Positions 19,211-29,968 of a stretch of DNA of 43,332 bases are shown in pieces; positions within the stretch are counted from its first letter, which is position 1; the number at the start of each line of letters is the position of its first letter. The DNA is from an uncultured bacterium (GTDB lineage: Bacteria; Gemmatimonadota; Gemmatimonadetes; Gemmatimonadales; Gemmatimonadaceae), in the NCBI GenBank assembly GCA_963978095.1, contig CAXBQP010000024.1, forward strand, positions 1 through 43,332, in the 5' to 3' direction. The translations under genes and the position numbers were made by a program. The notes under the pieces were generated by a model. The model worked only from the letters and a program-made list of their open reading frames with translations. It made no database searches and was not told the origin of the DNA.

Positions 19211-19882
19211 ATGAACCGAGAGCCGACCGGCGTCCCGTTTTGGTCGCCCCCCGACGTCGAGGGGGCCATTGGTGCCGTGCTGGCGCAGATCGAGCGGCGT
19301 GGTGTTCTCGCCTATCCGACGGAAACGGTCTACGGGTTTGGTGGGGGCATCGACCATGAATCGGTCGAGAAGCTCGTCGCGCTCAAGCGCCGCCCGCCAG
19401 CGAAGCCGTTCCTGCTGCTGATCTCCGACAGCGCCATGATCGAGCGCATGGGCCTGCACCTGTCGCGGTCGGCGGCTGTGCTCGCCGCCAAGCATTGGCC
19501 CGGCCCGCTCACCCTGGTGCTCAAGGGCGGTGAGAGGCGCATCTCGCCACGTTTGCGCGGACCGGAGGGGGGGATCGCCGTTCGATGGACGTCGCACTCG
19601 GGGTTGCAGCGGCTGATCACCGCGCTCGGCGACCCCCTGACTTCCACCAGCGCGAATCGCCCGGGCGTTCCCCCCGCGATGAAGGCTGCGGACGTGCTCG
19701 GGCAATGGCACACCGAAATCGCCCGCGGCCAGCTGTTGCTGCTCGATGGCGGAGAGTTGAATCCGAGCGCGCCGAGCACAGTGGTCGACTGCACCACACG
19801 CCACCTGCGAGTGATTCGGCCTGGAGCGATTCCCGCGACGGTCCTTCGGGAGTCTTGCCCCGAACTGGTGGGGGACCAATAG
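19211..19882 (+). CDS. tsaC: L-threonylcarbamoyladenylate synthase (TsaC/YrdC type, no Sua5 domain)
   Basis: YPTETVYG, KRRPPAKP, WPGPLTL, IAVR, TSANRPG, PSTVVD, IRPGAI. Confidence 0.9.
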   Translation: MNREPTGVPFWSPPDVEGAIGAVLAQIERRGVLAYPTETVYGFGGGIDHESVEKLVALKRRPPAKPFLLLISDSAMIERMGLHLSRSAAVLAAKHWPGPLTLVLKGGERRISPRLRGPEGGIAVRWTSHSGLQRLITALGDPLTSTSANRPGVPPAMKAADVLGQWHTEIARGQLLLLDGGELNPSAPSTVVDCTTRHLRVIRPGAIPATVLRESCPELVGDQ

Positions 19883-19883
19883 C

Positions 19884-20351
19884 GTGCGGGTGCTGTTCGT
19901 CTGTACGGGGAACACGTGCCGGAGTCCACTCGCTGAGGCGATCGGACGACGCATGGCGCAGGAGCGGGGGCTGCTCGTGGAATTTGCGAGTGCTGGCATC
20001 AGTGCCAGCGACGGCACCACGGCGTCCGACGGCGCGTTGCTGGTCGGCATGGAACGCGGCCTTGCCCTCTCCGCGCACAGAGCGCAGACCGTATCACCCG
20101 CGCTGGTCGCGCAGGCATCTTTGGTGCTTGCGATGGGAGGACATCATCGCGATCGCGTCGAGGCCTTGGGCGGAACCGGCAAGACCTGGGTACTGCGTGA
20201 TTTTGCGGAGGGCACCAACGCGGCACGGGGGGTGTCCGATCCCTTCGGTGGTGACTTGGCCACCTATCGGACGACCGCTGACGAGCTTGACGCGCTCATT
20301 GCGAAGGTCCTCGATCGCATTCGCGCGGAACACTTCTCCGCAGACGGCTGA
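19884..20351 (+). CDS. Low-molecular-weight protein phosphatase, YwlE (arginine phosphatase)-like
   Basis: LFVCTGNTCRSPLAE P-loop, SAG, SDPFGG. Confidence 0.88.
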   Translation: MRVLFVCTGNTCRSPLAEAIGRRMAQERGLLVEFASAGISASDGTTASDGALLVGMERGLALSAHRAQTVSPALVAQASLVLAMGGHHRDRVEALGGTGKTWVLRDFAEGTNAARGVSDPFGGDLATYRTTADELDALIAKVLDRIRAEHFSADG

Positions 20352-21175
20352 TGGGGATGCCGCGGCACCTGGTCCTGCTCGGACACCCGGTCGCGCACTC
20401 CCTCTCGCCGCTCTTCCAGAACGCGCTGCTCGAACGTGCCGGGATTCCGGTGCGCTATGAAGCCCGTGATGTGAGTGACGCGGAGCTCCCCGCGACCTTG
20501 GAGGCGATGCGCGCCGCGGACGTTGCGGGCAACGTGACCGTGCCACACAAATCGGCGGTCGCCGAGCATTGTGATTGGCTGACCCCGATCGCCATGCGCG
20601 TCGGGGCCGTCAACACGTTCTGGACGGACGACGGCATCCTGTTCGGCGACAACACCGACGTCGGGGGATTCGTAGCCACGATTCGCGCGCACGCGCCGCA
20701 GCTGCAGGGAAACGCGAGAGTTGTCGTGCTCGGAGCAGGGGGGGGCGCCGCCGCGGTGCTCGCGGCGTGCGAGGCGCTCGGCGTCTCACGCGTGGAGATT
20801 GTCGCGCGGACCCCCGAACGGGCCGCCGCGCTGGCCAACCAATTCCCGGGGCTCGCGCAACGTGCGGTCGATCCCGCCGACGCACTCGACGCAGCCGACC
20901 TCGTGGTGAATGCCACGCCGATCGGATTGGCGAATGAGACCATGCCCGTGGCTCCGGCCGCGATCGGACCGCGCGCCACCTGCATCGATCTGACATATCG
21001 TCGAGGTGAGACGCCCTGGGTCCACGGCTGTAGAGCGCGTGGTCTGCGCGCGACGGACGGTCTGACGATGCTCGTAGAGCAGGGTGCCCTCGCGTTTTCC
21101 CGATGGTTCGCGCATGGTCTCTCCCCCCATGAGGTGCGGGAGGTGATCTGGACCGCCATAGGAGAACGGCGATGA
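20351..21175 (+). CDS. aroE: Shikimate dehydrogenase
   Basis: GHPVAHSLSP, NVTVPHK, GAVNT, NTDVGG, GAGGGA, NATPIG, DGLTMLVEQG. Confidence 0.94.
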   Translation: MGMPRHLVLLGHPVAHSLSPLFQNALLERAGIPVRYEARDVSDAELPATLEAMRAADVAGNVTVPHKSAVAEHCDWLTPIAMRVGAVNTFWTDDGILFGDNTDVGGFVATIRAHAPQLQGNARVVVLGAGGGAAAVLAACEALGVSRVEIVARTPERAAALANQFPGLAQRAVDPADALDAADLVVNATPIGLANETMPVAPAAIGPRATCIDLTYRRGETPWVHGCRARGLRATDGLTMLVEQGALAFSRWFAHGLSPHEVREVIWTAIGERR

Positions 21176-21930
21176 TCGGCACCGCGTCCTGTCGTGCGGC
21201 ACAAGATGCCGCGAACGCCCTGCTTGAGTTCTTGCTCCCGCGCATGTGCGCGGCCTGTGAATCGCCCATGTCGGCCGCGGACGCAGGGCTGGTATGCGGC
21301 CGGTGCTGGAGCAGGCTCCCGCTCCTCCCAAAGCCGCAGTGCGAGCGCTGTGGTCACCCGAAGACTGGCACTGGGTGCGTGCTGTGCGCGTCTTTGCCAC
21401 CGTACGTGCGAGCGGTGCGCTCCCTCTGTTGGGTCCCGGAACGGACCGCCAGTCGGATGCTGGCCGCGCTGAAATACGAGGGGTGGAGCGGCGTCGGGGC
21501 GGATCTTGGCCATCGGCTGGCGCGACTGGCGTTTCCCGCCGATGTCCGCCGCGAACGAACAGCACTCGTTCCCGTCCCGCTCCATCCCACACGGCAGCGC
21601 GAGCGCGGCTACAACCAGTCGGCCGAAATCGCGCGGGGCGTCTCCGCGCACTGGAACATTCCCGTTGCGCCGGCCCTGCTGACACGGCGCGTCGCGACGG
21701 AGACCCAGACGCGATTGACTCCCGGAGAGCGTTCCGCGAACGTTAAGCATGCGTTTGCGTTGCGGCCGAACGCGCATGTGAACCTGCGCGGACAGCACCT
21801 CGTTCTGGTGGATGATGTCCTCACCACGGGGGCCACGCTCAACGAATGCGCGTCGGTTCTCTTCGAAGCGGGCGCGCGCACCATCAGCTATCTGACCTTC
21901 GGTCGTGCCCGCAGCGGCACGACGGCATGA
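21172..21930 (+). CDS. comF: ComF family protein (zinc ribbons plus PRTase domain)
   Basis: Four CxxC pairs, LKY, VPVPLH...[17 protein letters not shown]. Confidence 0.9.
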   Translation: MIGTASCRAAQDAANALLEFLLPRMCAACESPMSAADAGLVCGRCWSRLPLLPKPQCERCGHPKTGTGCVLCASLPPYVRAVRSLCWVPERTASRMLAALKYEGWSGVGADLGHRLARLAFPADVRRERTALVPVPLHPTRQRERGYNQSAEIARGVSAHWNIPVAPALLTRRVATETQTRLTPGERSANVKHAFALRPNAHVNLRGQHLVLVDDVLTTGATLNECASVLFEAGARTISYLTFGRARSGTTA

Positions 21931-21961
21931 CATCACGCTTTCTTTTCCAGGATCACGCCTC

Positions 21962-22969
21962 ATGGCCCTCAAAGTTGGCATCAACGGATTCGGCCGCATC
22001 GGCCGTCAAGTCATTCGCGCGGCCAAGGAACACGGCGCCCCCATCGAGTTCGTCGCCGTCAACGATCTCACGGACACGGCGACCTTGGCCCACCTCTTCA
22101 AGTACGATTCCGTCCATCGGACGTACAAGGGCACCGTCACGCACGATGCCGATTCGATCACCATCGACGGACACCGGATCCGGATCTTCAAGGAGAAGGA
22201 TCCCGGCGCGCTCCCGTGGAAGGACCTCGGAGTCGATATCGTCGTCGAAAGCACGGGGCGGTTCACCAACGCCCCGGACGCGGCCAAGCACATCGCCGGC
22301 GGCGCACGCAAGGTCATCATCTCCGCGCCCGCCAAGGGGGAGGATCTGACGGTGGTCCTCGGCGTGAATCAGGACAAGTATGATGCCGCCAAGCACCATA
22401 TCATCTCCAACGCGTCATGCACCACGAACTGCCTCGTGCCGCTCGTGAAAGTCATTCGCGATCAGTTCGGGTTCAAGCACGGGTCCATGGTGACGATCCA
22501 CTCGTACACCAATGACCAGAATGTGCTCGACCTGCCACACAAGGACCTGCGCCGGGCCCGCGCCGCGGGTCTCTCGATGATCCCCACCACGACGGGCGCG
22601 GCCAAGGCCACATCGTTGGTCATCCCCGAAGTGAAGGGCAAGATCGACGGGATCTCGATCCGGGTGCCGACCCCGGACGTCTCCCTCGTCGAACTCACGG
22701 TCGAGGTCGAACGGGCCACCACGATCGCCGAGGTCAACGCTGCGTTCAAGGCGGCCTCGGACGGCGCGCTCAAGGGTGTCCTCGGCTACTGCGAGGAGGA
22801 GCTCGTGTCGTCGGACTACATCGGAAACCCGCATTCATCCATCGTCGACAGCAAGTGCACGAATGTCATCGATGGGACGATGGTGAAGGTGTCCAGCTGG
22901 TACGACAACGAGTGGGGCTACGCTTGCCGCTGCGTGGATCTCATTCAGTTCCTCGGCGCGCGACTCTAA
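21962..22969 (+). CDS. gap: Type I glyceraldehyde-3-phosphate dehydrogenase
   Basis: [44 protein letters not shown]. Confidence 0.98.
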   Translation: MALKVGINGFGRIGRQVIRAAKEHGAPIEFVAVNDLTDTATLAHLFKYDSVHRTYKGTVTHDADSITIDGHRIRIFKEKDPGALPWKDLGVDIVVESTGRFTNAPDAAKHIAGGARKVIISAPAKGEDLTVVLGVNQDKYDAAKHHIISNASCTTNCLVPLVKVIRDQFGFKHGSMVTIHSYTNDQNVLDLPHKDLRRARAAGLSMIPTTTGAAKATSLVIPEVKGKIDGISIRVPTPDVSLVELTVEVERATTIAEVNAAFKAASDGALKGVLGYCEEELVSSDYIGNPHSSIVDSKCTNVIDGTMVKVSSWYDNEWGYACRCVDLIQFLGARL

Positions 22970-22990
22970 GCCTTTTCCGCCACCCGACCC

Positions 22991-24190
22991 ATGGCCAAGC
23001 GCACCATCCGCGACCTCCGGAGCGATGAGCTCCGGGGGCGCCGTGCCCTCGTACGCGTCGACTTCAACGTCCCCCTCGACGGCGAGCGCATCACGGACGA
23101 TACCCGCATTCGTGCGGCGATCCCGAGTATCAAGCTGCTGATCGCCGGCGGAGCCCGCGTGGTGCTCCTCTCGCACCTCGGACGCCCCAAGGCCAAGGTC
23201 GATCCAAAGTATTCCCTGGCACCGGTCGCGCGGCACCTCGCGAAACTCCTGAATCAGCCGGTGCATTTCTGCGCCGAAACTGACTCCGATACGGCGGTCG
23301 CGGCCACGCGTTCTCTGGAAGACGGCGACGTGCTGCTCCTCGAGAACACGCGGTTCCTGCCGGGCGAGGAACAGAATGATGAAACGTTGAGCCGATTGCT
23401 CGCGCGCCTCGGTGATTTATACGTCAACGACGCGTTCGGAACGGCGCATCGCGCGCACAGCAGCACGGCGGGCGTTGCCGCATTCCTGCGACCCGCCGTC
23501 GCGGGCCTGTTGATGCAAAAGGAGCTCGACTACCTCGGCCACGCGCTGGAAAAGCCGAAGCGCCCCTTCATCGCGATCCTCGGCGGGTCCAAGATCTCCG
23601 GCAAGATCGACGTCATCGAGGCGCTGTTGCCAAAGGTGGACGGCATCCTGATCGGCGGTGCGATGGCCTGTACCTTCTTCGAGGCGATGGGTCTCGAAAC
23701 CGGGGAGAGTCTCGTGGAGGACGACCGCGTCGAGATGGCCGAGGACTTGATCGAGCGCGCGGGCTTCCGCCTCACGCTCCCGCACGATGCCATGGTCGCT
23801 GGTAGCATCGAGGAAGCGGCGGCCGCCCATCCCGTCAAGCGCGACGCGATCCCGGAGGACGAGGCCATGCTGGACATCGGCCCTGACAGCGCCGCCAGCT
23901 ACGCGCGTGCGATCCTCACGGCGAAGACGATCCTGTGGAACGGACCCATGGGCGTCTTTGAGAAGCCTCCGCTCGACGCCGGCACCATGGCCATAGCGAA
24001 CGCGATGGCACAAGCCGGTGAGAAAGGGGCGATTACGATCGTCGGCGGAGGAGACTCGGCGGCCGCGGTGGAGCAGGCCGGACTCGCCGGCAAAATGAGT
24101 CACGTCTCGACCGGAGGCGGCGCGTCGCTCGAGTTCCTGGAGGGCAAGACCCTTCCCGGTGTTGCCTGCCTGGACGAGCGGGGGCAGTGA
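22991..24190 (+). CDS. pgk: Phosphoglycerate kinase
   Basis: RVDFNVP, SHLGRP, LLENTRF, NDAFGTAHRAH, WNGPMGVFE, STGGGASLEFLEGK. Confidence 0.98.
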   Translation: MAKRTIRDLRSDELRGRRALVRVDFNVPLDGERITDDTRIRAAIPSIKLLIAGGARVVLLSHLGRPKAKVDPKYSLAPVARHLAKLLNQPVHFCAETDSDTAVAATRSLEDGDVLLLENTRFLPGEEQNDETLSRLLARLGDLYVNDAFGTAHRAHSSTAGVAAFLRPAVAGLLMQKELDYLGHALEKPKRPFIAILGGSKISGKIDVIEALLPKVDGILIGGAMACTFFEAMGLETGESLVEDDRVEMAEDLIERAGFRLTLPHDAMVAGSIEEAAAAHPVKRDAIPEDEAMLDIGPDSAASYARAILTAKTILWNGPMGVFEKPPLDAGTMAIANAMAQAGEKGAITIVGGGDSAAAVEQAGLAGKMSHVSTGGGASLEFLEGKTLPGVACLDERGQ

Positions 24191-24939
24191 TGCGCCATCC
24201 CGTCTTCGCTGCCAACTGGAAGATGAACCAGGCTCCGGCGGACGCCAAAGCGTTCATGAAGCAGTTCATCGCCACGTACCCCCGCCAGCAGGATCGGCAG
24301 GTGCTCTTCTTCCCGCCCGCGCTCTCCATCAGCGTCGTCGTGGACGCGACCAAGGACCGTCCCGACATCGCCGTGGGGGTTCAGAACATCCACTGGGAAG
24401 ATGCCGGCGCCTTTACCGGCGAGAACTCCGCGCCGATGGCGCGTGCCGCGGGCGCTCGCTTCGTGCTGGTTGGACACTCTGAGCGGCGTCATGTGTTTGG
24501 TGAGACGGAAGAGGAAACCAGCCGGAAGGTGGCGGCCGCCGTGCGCGCCGGTCTCACGGCGATGATCTGCGTCGGCGAGACCCTGGCGCAGCGCGAGGCG
24601 GACGAGACCAACACGGTCATCGTGCGGCAGTTGCGCGCTGCTGTCAGTACGCTGACGTCGAGTCAGGTGGCCAGTTGCATGGTCGCCTACGAACCGGTGT
24701 GGGCCATCGGGACGGGAAAAACGGCGACGCCTGCAGATGCCTCCGCGGCACATGGAGCACTTCGGCTCGAGCTGAAAACACTGACCGATGACCGGGCGGA
24801 GGCCGTTCCGATTCTGTACGGTGGGAGTGTGAATCGGGGCAACGCCGCCGCGCTGTTGGCAGCGCCTGAGGTCGACGGGGTGTTGGTCGGCGGTGCCAGT
24901 CTCGAGGTTGATGGCTGGTCGGGCCTCGTACGTACTTGA
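24190..24939 (+). CDS. tpiA: Triosephosphate isomerase
   Basis: ANWKMN, GAFTGE, GHSERR, AYEPVWAIGTG, LYGGSV, LVGGASL. Alternative GTG start at 24187. Confidence 0.98.
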   Translation: MRHPVFAANWKMNQAPADAKAFMKQFIATYPRQQDRQVLFFPPALSISVVVDATKDRPDIAVGVQNIHWEDAGAFTGENSAPMARAAGARFVLVGHSERRHVFGETEEETSRKVAAAVRAGLTAMICVGETLAQREADETNTVIVRQLRAAVSTLTSSQVASCMVAYEPVWAIGTGKTATPADASAAHGALRLELKTLTDDRAEAVPILYGGSVNRGNAAALLAAPEVDGVLVGGASLEVDGWSGLVRT

Positions 24940-24964
24940 TACAGTGTGCTAAGTCTGCTATTCT
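24936..24964 (+). promoter_or_regulatory. Putative sigma70 promoter of secG-carA (extended -10)
   Basis: TTGATA (24936-24941), 17 nt, TATTCT (24959-24964) preceded by TGc. Confidence 0.5.
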
Positions 24965-25006
24965 TCTAGGCTTGCCTCTTTTCGATAGACCCTCGCTGAG
25001 TTCGCG

Positions 25007-25459
25007 ATGACCACGTTCCTCCTGATCGTCCTGATCCTTGATGCCATGATTCTCGTCACGGTCATCCTCCTGCAAAGCGGGAAGGGTGGCGGAATGGCGG
25101 CGAGCTTCGGTGGTGCTTCTTCCTCGTCCGACCAGTTCATGGGGACGCGACAAGCCGGCAACCTGCTCACCAAGATGTCGTGGTGGTGCGGTGGGCTGTT
25201 CATCGGCATCTCCTTCATCTTGTCGATCATGGCGAGCCGCGGTCGTACGCCGACGTCGGTGCTGGACAAGTCGTTCAGCGCCCCGAAGGCTCCGGCCAGC
25301 GCTCCGACGGCCCCCGCGGGCGCCGCGCCCGCTCAGAACGCCCCGGCGACCGGCGGCGCAGTGCCGCTCCAGGCCGTGCCCAAGCCCGACGCCAAGGCAC
25401 CGGCGACCAGCGCGCCGGCCGCGACGCCGACTCCGGCGCCCGCGACCAAGAAGCCGTAA
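25007..25459 (+). CDS. secG: Preprotein translocase subunit SecG with Pro/Ala-rich tail
   Basis: ILLQSGKGGGMAASFGG...GNLLTK with two TM helices. tpiA-secG synteny. Confidence 0.93.
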   Translation: MTTFLLIVLILDAMILVTVILLQSGKGGGMAASFGGASSSSDQFMGTRQAGNLLTKMSWWCGGLFIGISFILSIMASRGRTPTSVLDKSFSAPKAPASAPTAPAGAAPAQNAPATGGAVPLQAVPKPDAKAPATSAPAATPTPAPATKKP

Positions 25460-25485
25460 GCACGCCCGGCGACGATACGGTGAGC

Positions 25486-26613
25486 ATGCTGCATGCGCCT
25501 AAGGGGTTCCTCCTCCTTGAGGATGGGACCCTTTTTGCTGGGCACCTCTCGCACCCGCTCCCGGAACCGGCGGTCGCGGAGGTGGTCTTCACGACCAACA
25601 TGAGCGGGTACCAGGAAGTCTTCACCGACCCCTCGTTCCGCGGACAGATCGTCGTGATGACCGCGCCGATGATCGGCAACTACGGCGTCAATGCGGAGGA
25701 CCCGGAATCCACCCGCCCCCAGGTGAGTGGGGTGGTGGTGCGTGACCTCTCCGCGACGTTCTCCAACTGGCGAGCCGATTCCGACCTCTCCACCTACTTG
25801 GAGCGCTCACGGATCCCCATTCTGCACAACGTGGACACCCGACGGCTCACCCGCCATCTGCGGACCGTTGGGGTGCTGCGCGGGGTGATCGGCAGTGGTG
25901 CCGAGCCGACGGCGGCTGCGCGGGCGGCCCTCGACGGGTGTCCGTCCATGGCAGGTCTCGATCTGGCAAGTCGCGTCACCACGCAGTCGCCCTATGTGCT
26001 CGAGCCGGTCGAAGGGGCCGCATCCCTAACGAGGCACCACATCGTCGCCGTTGACTATGGGATCAAGTCCAACATCCTGCGACTGTTCCAAGAGCGTGGG
26101 TGCACCGTGACCGTCGTGCCAAGCACCACGACCGCAGCGGATGTTTTGGCGCTCGAGCCCGATGGAGTGTTCTTGTCGAACGGCCCGGGTGATCCCGAAG
26201 CCGTGGACTACGCGCCCGCGACCATTCGCGCCATCGCCGACCGACATGTTCCGATCTTCGGCATCTGCCTTGGGCATCAGCTGCTGGGCCTCACCTATGG
26301 CGGGCACACCTACAAGCTTCCCTACGGACACCGCGGAGGGAATCACCCGGTCAAGGAACTTTCGACCGGGAAAGTGTTCATCACGTCGCAGAACCATGGA
26401 TTCGCGGTCGAGGGGAGTGAACAGGGAATCCCGGGTGCGCCGGACCTTCAGGTCACGCACGTCAACCTGAATGACGGGTCGGTCGAGGGATTGAAGCATC
26501 GCACCCTCCCGATTTTCTCGGTCCAGTATCATCCCGAGGCCGCTCCGGGACCACACGATGCCCGGCCGCTGTTCGACGATTTCATGTTCGCCGTGACGAA
26601 TCGAACCGTGTGA
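25486..26613 (+). CDS. carA: Carbamoyl-phosphate synthase small subunit
   Basis: LLLEDGT, VFTTNMSGYQEVFTDPS, LSNGPGDP, FGICLGHQ, TSQNHGF, VQYHPEAAPGPHD. Confidence 0.96.
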   Translation: MLHAPKGFLLLEDGTLFAGHLSHPLPEPAVAEVVFTTNMSGYQEVFTDPSFRGQIVVMTAPMIGNYGVNAEDPESTRPQVSGVVVRDLSATFSNWRADSDLSTYLERSRIPILHNVDTRRLTRHLRTVGVLRGVIGSGAEPTAAARAALDGCPSMAGLDLASRVTTQSPYVLEPVEGAASLTRHHIVAVDYGIKSNILRLFQERGCTVTVVPSTTTAADVLALEPDGVFLSNGPGDPEAVDYAPATIRAIADRHVPIFGICLGHQLLGLTYGGHTYKLPYGHRGGNHPVKELSTGKVFITSQNHGFAVEGSEQGIPGAPDLQVTHVNLNDGSVEGLKHRTLPIFSVQYHPEAAPGPHDARPLFDDFMFAVTNRTV

Positions 26614-26643
26614 GCCACCCCCCGTGTCCTCGAATGCATCGTG

Positions 26644-26678
26644 AAGGCCTTCAGCGTCCCGCTGGAGGCCTTGTTCGT
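26644..26678 (+). terminator. Putative intrinsic terminator after carA
   Basis: AAGGCCTTCAGCG-TCC-CGCTGGAGGCCTT, a 13-bp stem with one G-U pair, followed by GTTCGT. Confidence 0.55.
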
Positions 26679-26744
26679 GCTAAGTCTTTGTCCTGCGCCG
26701 TCATAAGCCGCACGGTGGCCGCGACGCCCATTGTGGGCCGAAAC

Positions 26745-26774
26745 TTGACAACAAAAGCCATAACGCTTTAGACT
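26745..26774 (+). promoter_or_regulatory. Putative sigma70 promoter of the HU/IHF gene
   Basis: TTGACA (26745-26750), 18 nt, TAGACT (26769-26774). Confidence 0.55.
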
Positions 26775-26822
26775 GTATTCACTTACGGCAATTCTTGTGG
26801 TTCTGAACACTCGAGGGTAGTC

Positions 26823-27143
26823 ATGACCAAAGCCGATCTCGTCGAAGGCGTCACGCTGGCAATCGAGAAGACGTCTGGACCGATGATCTCCAAGAAGGAC
26901 TGCGCTCGTGTCGTCGATGCGTTCCTGGACGCCATCAAGGACGCGCTCAAGGAGCAGAGGAACATCGAGGTGCGTGGCTTCGGCACCTTCAAAATCCGAC
27001 AGCGCAAGACGCGGATGGCCCGGAATCCGCGGACGGGAGCACCGGTGGAGGTGTCCGCGCGCCCGGTGCCGGTGTTCAAGCCGAGCAAGGAGTTGCGCGC
27101 GCTGGTCGCGGATGTCGACATCTCGGAACTCGCGGGCGAATAG
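26823..27143 (+). CDS. HU/IHF family DNA-binding protein
   Basis: MTKADL, IEVRGFGTF, ARNPRTG, PVFKPSKELR. Confidence 0.95.
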   Translation: MTKADLVEGVTLAIEKTSGPMISKKDCARVVDAFLDAIKDALKEQRNIEVRGFGTFKIRQRKTRMARNPRTGAPVEVSARPVPVFKPSKELRALVADVDISELAGE

Positions 27144-27248
27144 CGACAGAGCGCTGCTGAAATCGGTGTAAACGTCCGGGCTCCGCGCCTTCACCCGCGC
27201 GGGGCCCGTGCTATTTTTCGCTGTTCGCCCCTTCGCACCACGGAGTCG

Positions 27249-27494
27249 ATGTTGCAACTGCAGGTGCTTCTCTTCGCCTCATACGCCGACGCATTTGGTG
27301 CTCCGGAGATCGTGCTCGATCTCCCGGAGGGCGCCACCGTGGGGGACCTCGTGACGGCGGTGCGTGCACGTGCTCCCCACGTAGCACTTCCGCCACGGCC
27401 ATTGGTCGCGATCAACCAGGCGTACGCCGCGGCGGCCGTGCTGTTGCGACAGGGCGACGAGGTAGCCCTCATTCCCCCGGTGGCGGGCGGATGA
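27249..27494 (+). CDS. moaD: Molybdopterin synthase sulfur carrier subunit
   Basis: VLLFA...VAINQAY...GDEVALIPPVAGG with C-terminal GG. Confidence 0.93.
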   Translation: MLQLQVLLFASYADAFGAPEIVLDLPEGATVGDLVTAVRARAPHVALPPRPLVAINQAYAAAAVLLRQGDEVALIPPVAGG

Positions 27495-27910
27495 TGCGTG
27501 CCGCCATCGTGCACCGGCCGCTCGATGCGACGGCCCTGCTCGCCGAGGTCGCTGACGACGCGCATGGTGCATCGACGCTGTTCGTCGGGACCGTGCGCAA
27601 CGTCAACAGCGGACGCGACGTGAGCGGAATCGAGTACTCGGCGTACGAGGCCATGGCGACGGCGGAACTGCAACGCATCCTCGCCGAGGCCTCGGAGCGG
27701 TTCCCGGGGGTCGCAATCGTCGTCGAGCATCGACTGGGTACACTGACGCTGCGGGAGGCCAGTGTCATCGTGGCGGCAGCCCACGCGCATCGCGCTCCCG
27801 CACTTGACGCACAGCGCTACGTCGTGGAGGAACTCAAGAAGCGCGTCCCGATTTGGAAACGGGAGCACTACACGGACGGCACCCGCGAGTGGGTGGGGGC
27901 TGCCTCGTGA
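27491..27910 (+). CDS. moaE: Molybdopterin synthase catalytic subunit
   Basis: GASTLFVGTVR, EYSAYEAMA, HRLGTL, AHR, ELKKRVPIWKRE. Confidence 0.94.
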   Translation: MMRAAIVHRPLDATALLAEVADDAHGASTLFVGTVRNVNSGRDVSGIEYSAYEAMATAELQRILAEASERFPGVAIVVEHRLGTLTLREASVIVAAAHAHRAPALDAQRYVVEELKKRVPIWKREHYTDGTREWVGAAS

Positions 27911-28878
27911 TCGATCAGTACGGCCGCAGCATCGAGTATCTCCGCATCAGCGTCACCGACCGTTGCAACTTCCGGTGTGTGTATTGCATGCCGGAGCAGG
28001 GGCTCGATTGGCTGCCGCGCACGGACATCCTGACCTACGAGGAGATCGCCGCGGTGGTGCGGCAGTTGGCCCCCCTCGGGCTCAAGCGTCTGCGCATCAC
28101 CGGTGGCGAACCGACGATCCGCCCCGAGCTCGTCACCCTGATCGCGATGCTCAAAGCCATTCCGGGTATCGAGGATATCGCGCTCAGCACCAATGGCGTG
28201 AAGCTTCCGGAGCTCTCCGCGGCGCTCAAGGCGTCCGGCCTGGACCGGGTGAACATGAGCGCGGATTCGCTGCGCGCTGAACGCATCGCTTCGATTGCAC
28301 GACGGCGGGTCCCCTTCGATCCCGTGGACGCCGCCTGCGCTGCGCTCAACGCGGGCCTCGGCCCGGTGAAGCTCAATGTGGTGGTGATGCGTGGCATCAA
28401 CGACGACGAGGTCGAGGACTTCGCCCGGCTCACCCTCGTGCATCCCTTCCACGTGCGCTTCATCGAGCTGATGCCGGTGGGGGAGATGGCGAACCTGAGT
28501 TGGGACCACGTGGTACCCAGCCAAGAAGTTCTGAACAAAATCCGGACCCTCGGTCCACTGGCCCCCCACACGGGCCCCAGCCGCGGCAACGGTCCCGCCA
28601 CGTACTACCAGATCGAGGGCGGGTGCGGCACCATCGGGGTAATCACACCGATGACCCACACCTACTGTGGGACGTGTAATCGCGTGCGCCTCACGGCCGA
28701 CGGACGTCTGCGCACCTGCCTGTACGGCGACCACGAGGTCAACCTGCGGGATCCCCTTCGGAATGGCGTCCCGCTGGAACCGCTGTTCGTGCGTGCCCTG
28801 GCTGAGAAACCCAAGGAGCACCAGCTGTTGCAGATGCAGGTCGGAGGGCTGAAAGCGCTGTCGCAGGTCGGAGGGTAG
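27907..28878 (+). CDS. moaA: GTP 3',8-cyclase (radical SAM)
   Basis: YLRISVTDRCNFRCVYCM, RITGGEP, RFIELMP, CGTCNRVRLTADG...CL, C-terminal GG. GTG start at 27907. Confidence 0.96.
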   Translation: MIDQYGRSIEYLRISVTDRCNFRCVYCMPEQGLDWLPRTDILTYEEIAAVVRQLAPLGLKRLRITGGEPTIRPELVTLIAMLKAIPGIEDIALSTNGVKLPELSAALKASGLDRVNMSADSLRAERIASIARRRVPFDPVDAACAALNAGLGPVKLNVVVMRGINDDEVEDFARLTLVHPFHVRFIELMPVGEMANLSWDHVVPSQEVLNKIRTLGPLAPHTGPSRGNGPATYYQIEGGCGTIGVITPMTHTYCGTCNRVRLTADGRLRTCLYGDHEVNLRDPLRNGVPLEPLFVRALAEKPKEHQLLQMQVGGLKALSQVGG

Positions 28879-28968
28879 CAGGGCCGACGTGCGGGGCAGG
28901 CCCGCAGGGCAGGCGGGAAGGACCTGCGTGAACTCCCAGCGCGTCGACCCGATCCCGGAGTTCCCTCG

Positions 28969-28998
28969 TTGCCCCGTCCGGAACCAATCTTGTAGCTT
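28969..28998 (+). promoter_or_regulatory. Putative promoter of mdh-sdhCAB
   Basis: TTGCCC (28969-28974), 18 nt, TAGCTT (28993-28998). Same -10 hexamer as upstream of icd. Confidence 0.35.
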
Positions 28999-29029
28999 AT
29001 ATCATCAGCAGTTTTTCCATCACACGTGA

Positions 29030-29967
<938 letters not shown>

Positions 29968-29968
<1 letters not shown>

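Noticed and set aside
25180..25485. N-terminal extension of CarA in the ORF track
   Set aside because: It overlaps secG out of frame. CarA similarity starts at about 25486.
25460..27248. tRNA or other known ncRNA in the gaps after secG, carA or HU
   Set aside because: No cloverleaf or T-loop GTTCGA signature. The gaps are explained by a terminator and promoters.
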